Shown: piece by piece, positions 62,501 to 64,000 of the stretch
Position numbering within the stretch: position 1 is the first letter of the stretch
Layout: each line of letters starts with the position of its first letter
Position numbers and translations under genes: made by a program
Source of the DNA: Lingula anatina
Taxonomy: Eukaryota > Animalia > Brachiopoda
DNA: 64,000 nucleotides
Reading direction: 5' to 3'
Assembly: GCA_051362555.1 (NCBI GenBank)
Contig: CM120640.1
Location: 15,314,001 to 15,378,000, forward strand
The notes under the pieces: generated by a model
What the model was told of the DNA's origin: nothing
Database searches by the model: none
The model's input: the letters and a program-made list of their open reading frames with translations, nothing else

Positions 62501-64000
62501 AAATAAACAAATTTTGATAATATCTGCTATCATGTTTTTTAACCTTTTGAATAAGATAATCACATTAAATCTTTTACTGCATTCTTTTACACTAAAACTT
62601 AAACAAAAAATCAATAATATACACATACCTTAAAATCCCATTGTCTCAAAGCTCCATTCTCATGACCTGTGATAATAAATTCATCCAAAGGTCCCCATAT
62701 AGAAGCTGTGATTTTACTGTCTCCTGCTGGCATCACCATTAGTGGATCAGCATTGGCTGAAATGAAATAATATTGAACTTCATAAAAAATGCTGTGTAAA
62801 AATCAGTGTAACAATAGTGGGGGTTTGACTCTGTACGCTGGTAGGGATAAGCCATTCAATTGGTATTGTCACTATTGAAAACAAATTATACCCACAGCTG
62901 GGACTTTCAATACATTCTGGAAAAGTGGATGGCATTGCGACTAGCAAATTTCCAAAGTATAAGCTCTACACCTGAAACTTGAAGACACATCTAATACTGC
63001 AGTAGGTTTATATGTATTGAAATGAAAATCTTAATTGCATATCAAGATCATGTTCACCTACTGGAGCACCTATATGTGGCAAAAGTCAGGACCATTTGTC
63101 TTTTGAAGAATGAAAAATTACCTACCTATTGAATTACTGTCCCTTAGATCATAGATGTGTATTTCTGAAGGCTGCCCCATAGTCTTGTCTGTAGTGTACA
63201 TGGCAATATTTCCACCATATGAGAAACCACAAGACCTTACTGCTGTTTTTGTTGGAAGATTACTGACAACTTTTCCTAATCAAAGATGAAAAAAGACAGA
63301 AAGATGAGTTAATACAAACGGCAAAACATTCACTTTCAATACATGCTCTAGAACCCTCACAAAGTCATGACCAATTCAAAAATAAAAAATTAACATATAA
63401 TATATACATAATGAATTATTGTGACTGAAAGATGTGTTCCACATAATCATCACAAGACATATCATTTTCTGTTAATATTCTCCCCAATTTATACTTACAA
63501 TTTTCATCATTACCATGACCAGTGTTCTTAGCTTTATAACAGTAGTCAATCTTAACAGTATATCAAGTAAAAACTGAGAATCATTAGTCTCACCTGTTTC
63601 GCAGTCCCATAGTCTACAGGAGTTATCAGCTGATCCTGTCATTACCCTTGTTGAATCCCCTGATTCTAGATTAAGGATTGCATTACTGATTAAAAGTGAA
63701 TTTATTTTACTATAACTTCAACAATATGGTCATTAAATTCCAATAAATAACAGACAAAATTCACCATTTCCAATTACTGTTGCATAGTTTTCTATATTAT
63801 GGATCAACTTTCTTCTTTAAAAAATAAAGTGAGCCACCAAAACTTTAAACTAATGATAGCAATTATTGTTTTAAATAAGTCAAACTCAGTGGTCAAGCAA
63901 GGATACAGGTCACGTCCACACACCAAATGGCACCATTGTGCCCATTAAATGTGCCCAGTCTTTCTCCATTTAAAGAATACCACACATTGGGGATGTTGTC
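59546..64000 (-). CDS. EIF3I: Eukaryotic translation initiation factor 3 subunit I (WD40); 5' end lies outside the window
   Basis: Exons 63907-64000, 63594-63659, 63126-63275, 62629-62756, 62293-62403, 61927-62016, 60213-60379, 59546-59630. Translation: [25 protein letters not shown]...[16 protein letters not shown]...TERPVNSAS...[64 protein letters not shown]. Confidence 0.97.
60690..61640 (+). pseudogene. Decayed LINE ORF1-like (coiled coil + RRM/CTD type) remnant in an EIF3I intron
   Basis: Frameshifted, stop-ridden pieces: MSSGNKSK...PTKRHHSE, a coiled-coil-like stretch, [10 protein letters not shown] (cf. xEQYSRRxN) and [18 protein letters not shown] (cf. HRI...PRPIIVKF). Confidence 0.55.
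63660..63906 (-). other. U12-type (minor spliceosome) GT-AG intron of EIF3I
   Basis: 5' splice site GTATCCTTG, branch sequence TCCTTAAT (63677-63670) about 10 nt before the AG, and no polypyrimidine tract. Confidence 0.92.

Noticed and set aside
63276-63593. Possible intronic box C/D snoRNA in EIF3I (ATGATGA on minus near 63510)
   Set aside because: No suitably placed D box (CTGA) or terminal stem.

Overview
AT-rich, intron-containing animal DNA, most likely from a marine invertebrate such as a mollusc (inference). Left to right: (1) two tandem, near-identical clan-2 cytochrome P450 genes on + (copy 1 cut by the window start; copy 2 complete, 11 coding exons, about 505 aa); (2) an apparently young Penelope-like retroelement (RT + GIY-YIG) with an inverted pseudo-LTR and minimal hammerhead ribozymes, inserted into a (TA)n tract just after the copy-2 stop codon; (3) a ~33-kb minus-strand RP1/LOXHD1-like gene (2 DCX + 2 beta-trefoil + ~18 PLAT domains); (4) a divergently oriented C8orf74 orthologue; (5) the convergent EIF3I gene, which has a U12-type intron and a decayed LINE ORF1 remnant in an intron. 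The most notable signal is in the Penelope element: its RT frame has no ATG near its start, overlaps an upstream ORF in the -1 frame, and the overlap holds an in-phase U_UUU_UUA_GGG slippery site like that of HIV-1 gag-pol, suggesting programmed -1 frameshifting. All calls come from manual reading; no database searches were run.
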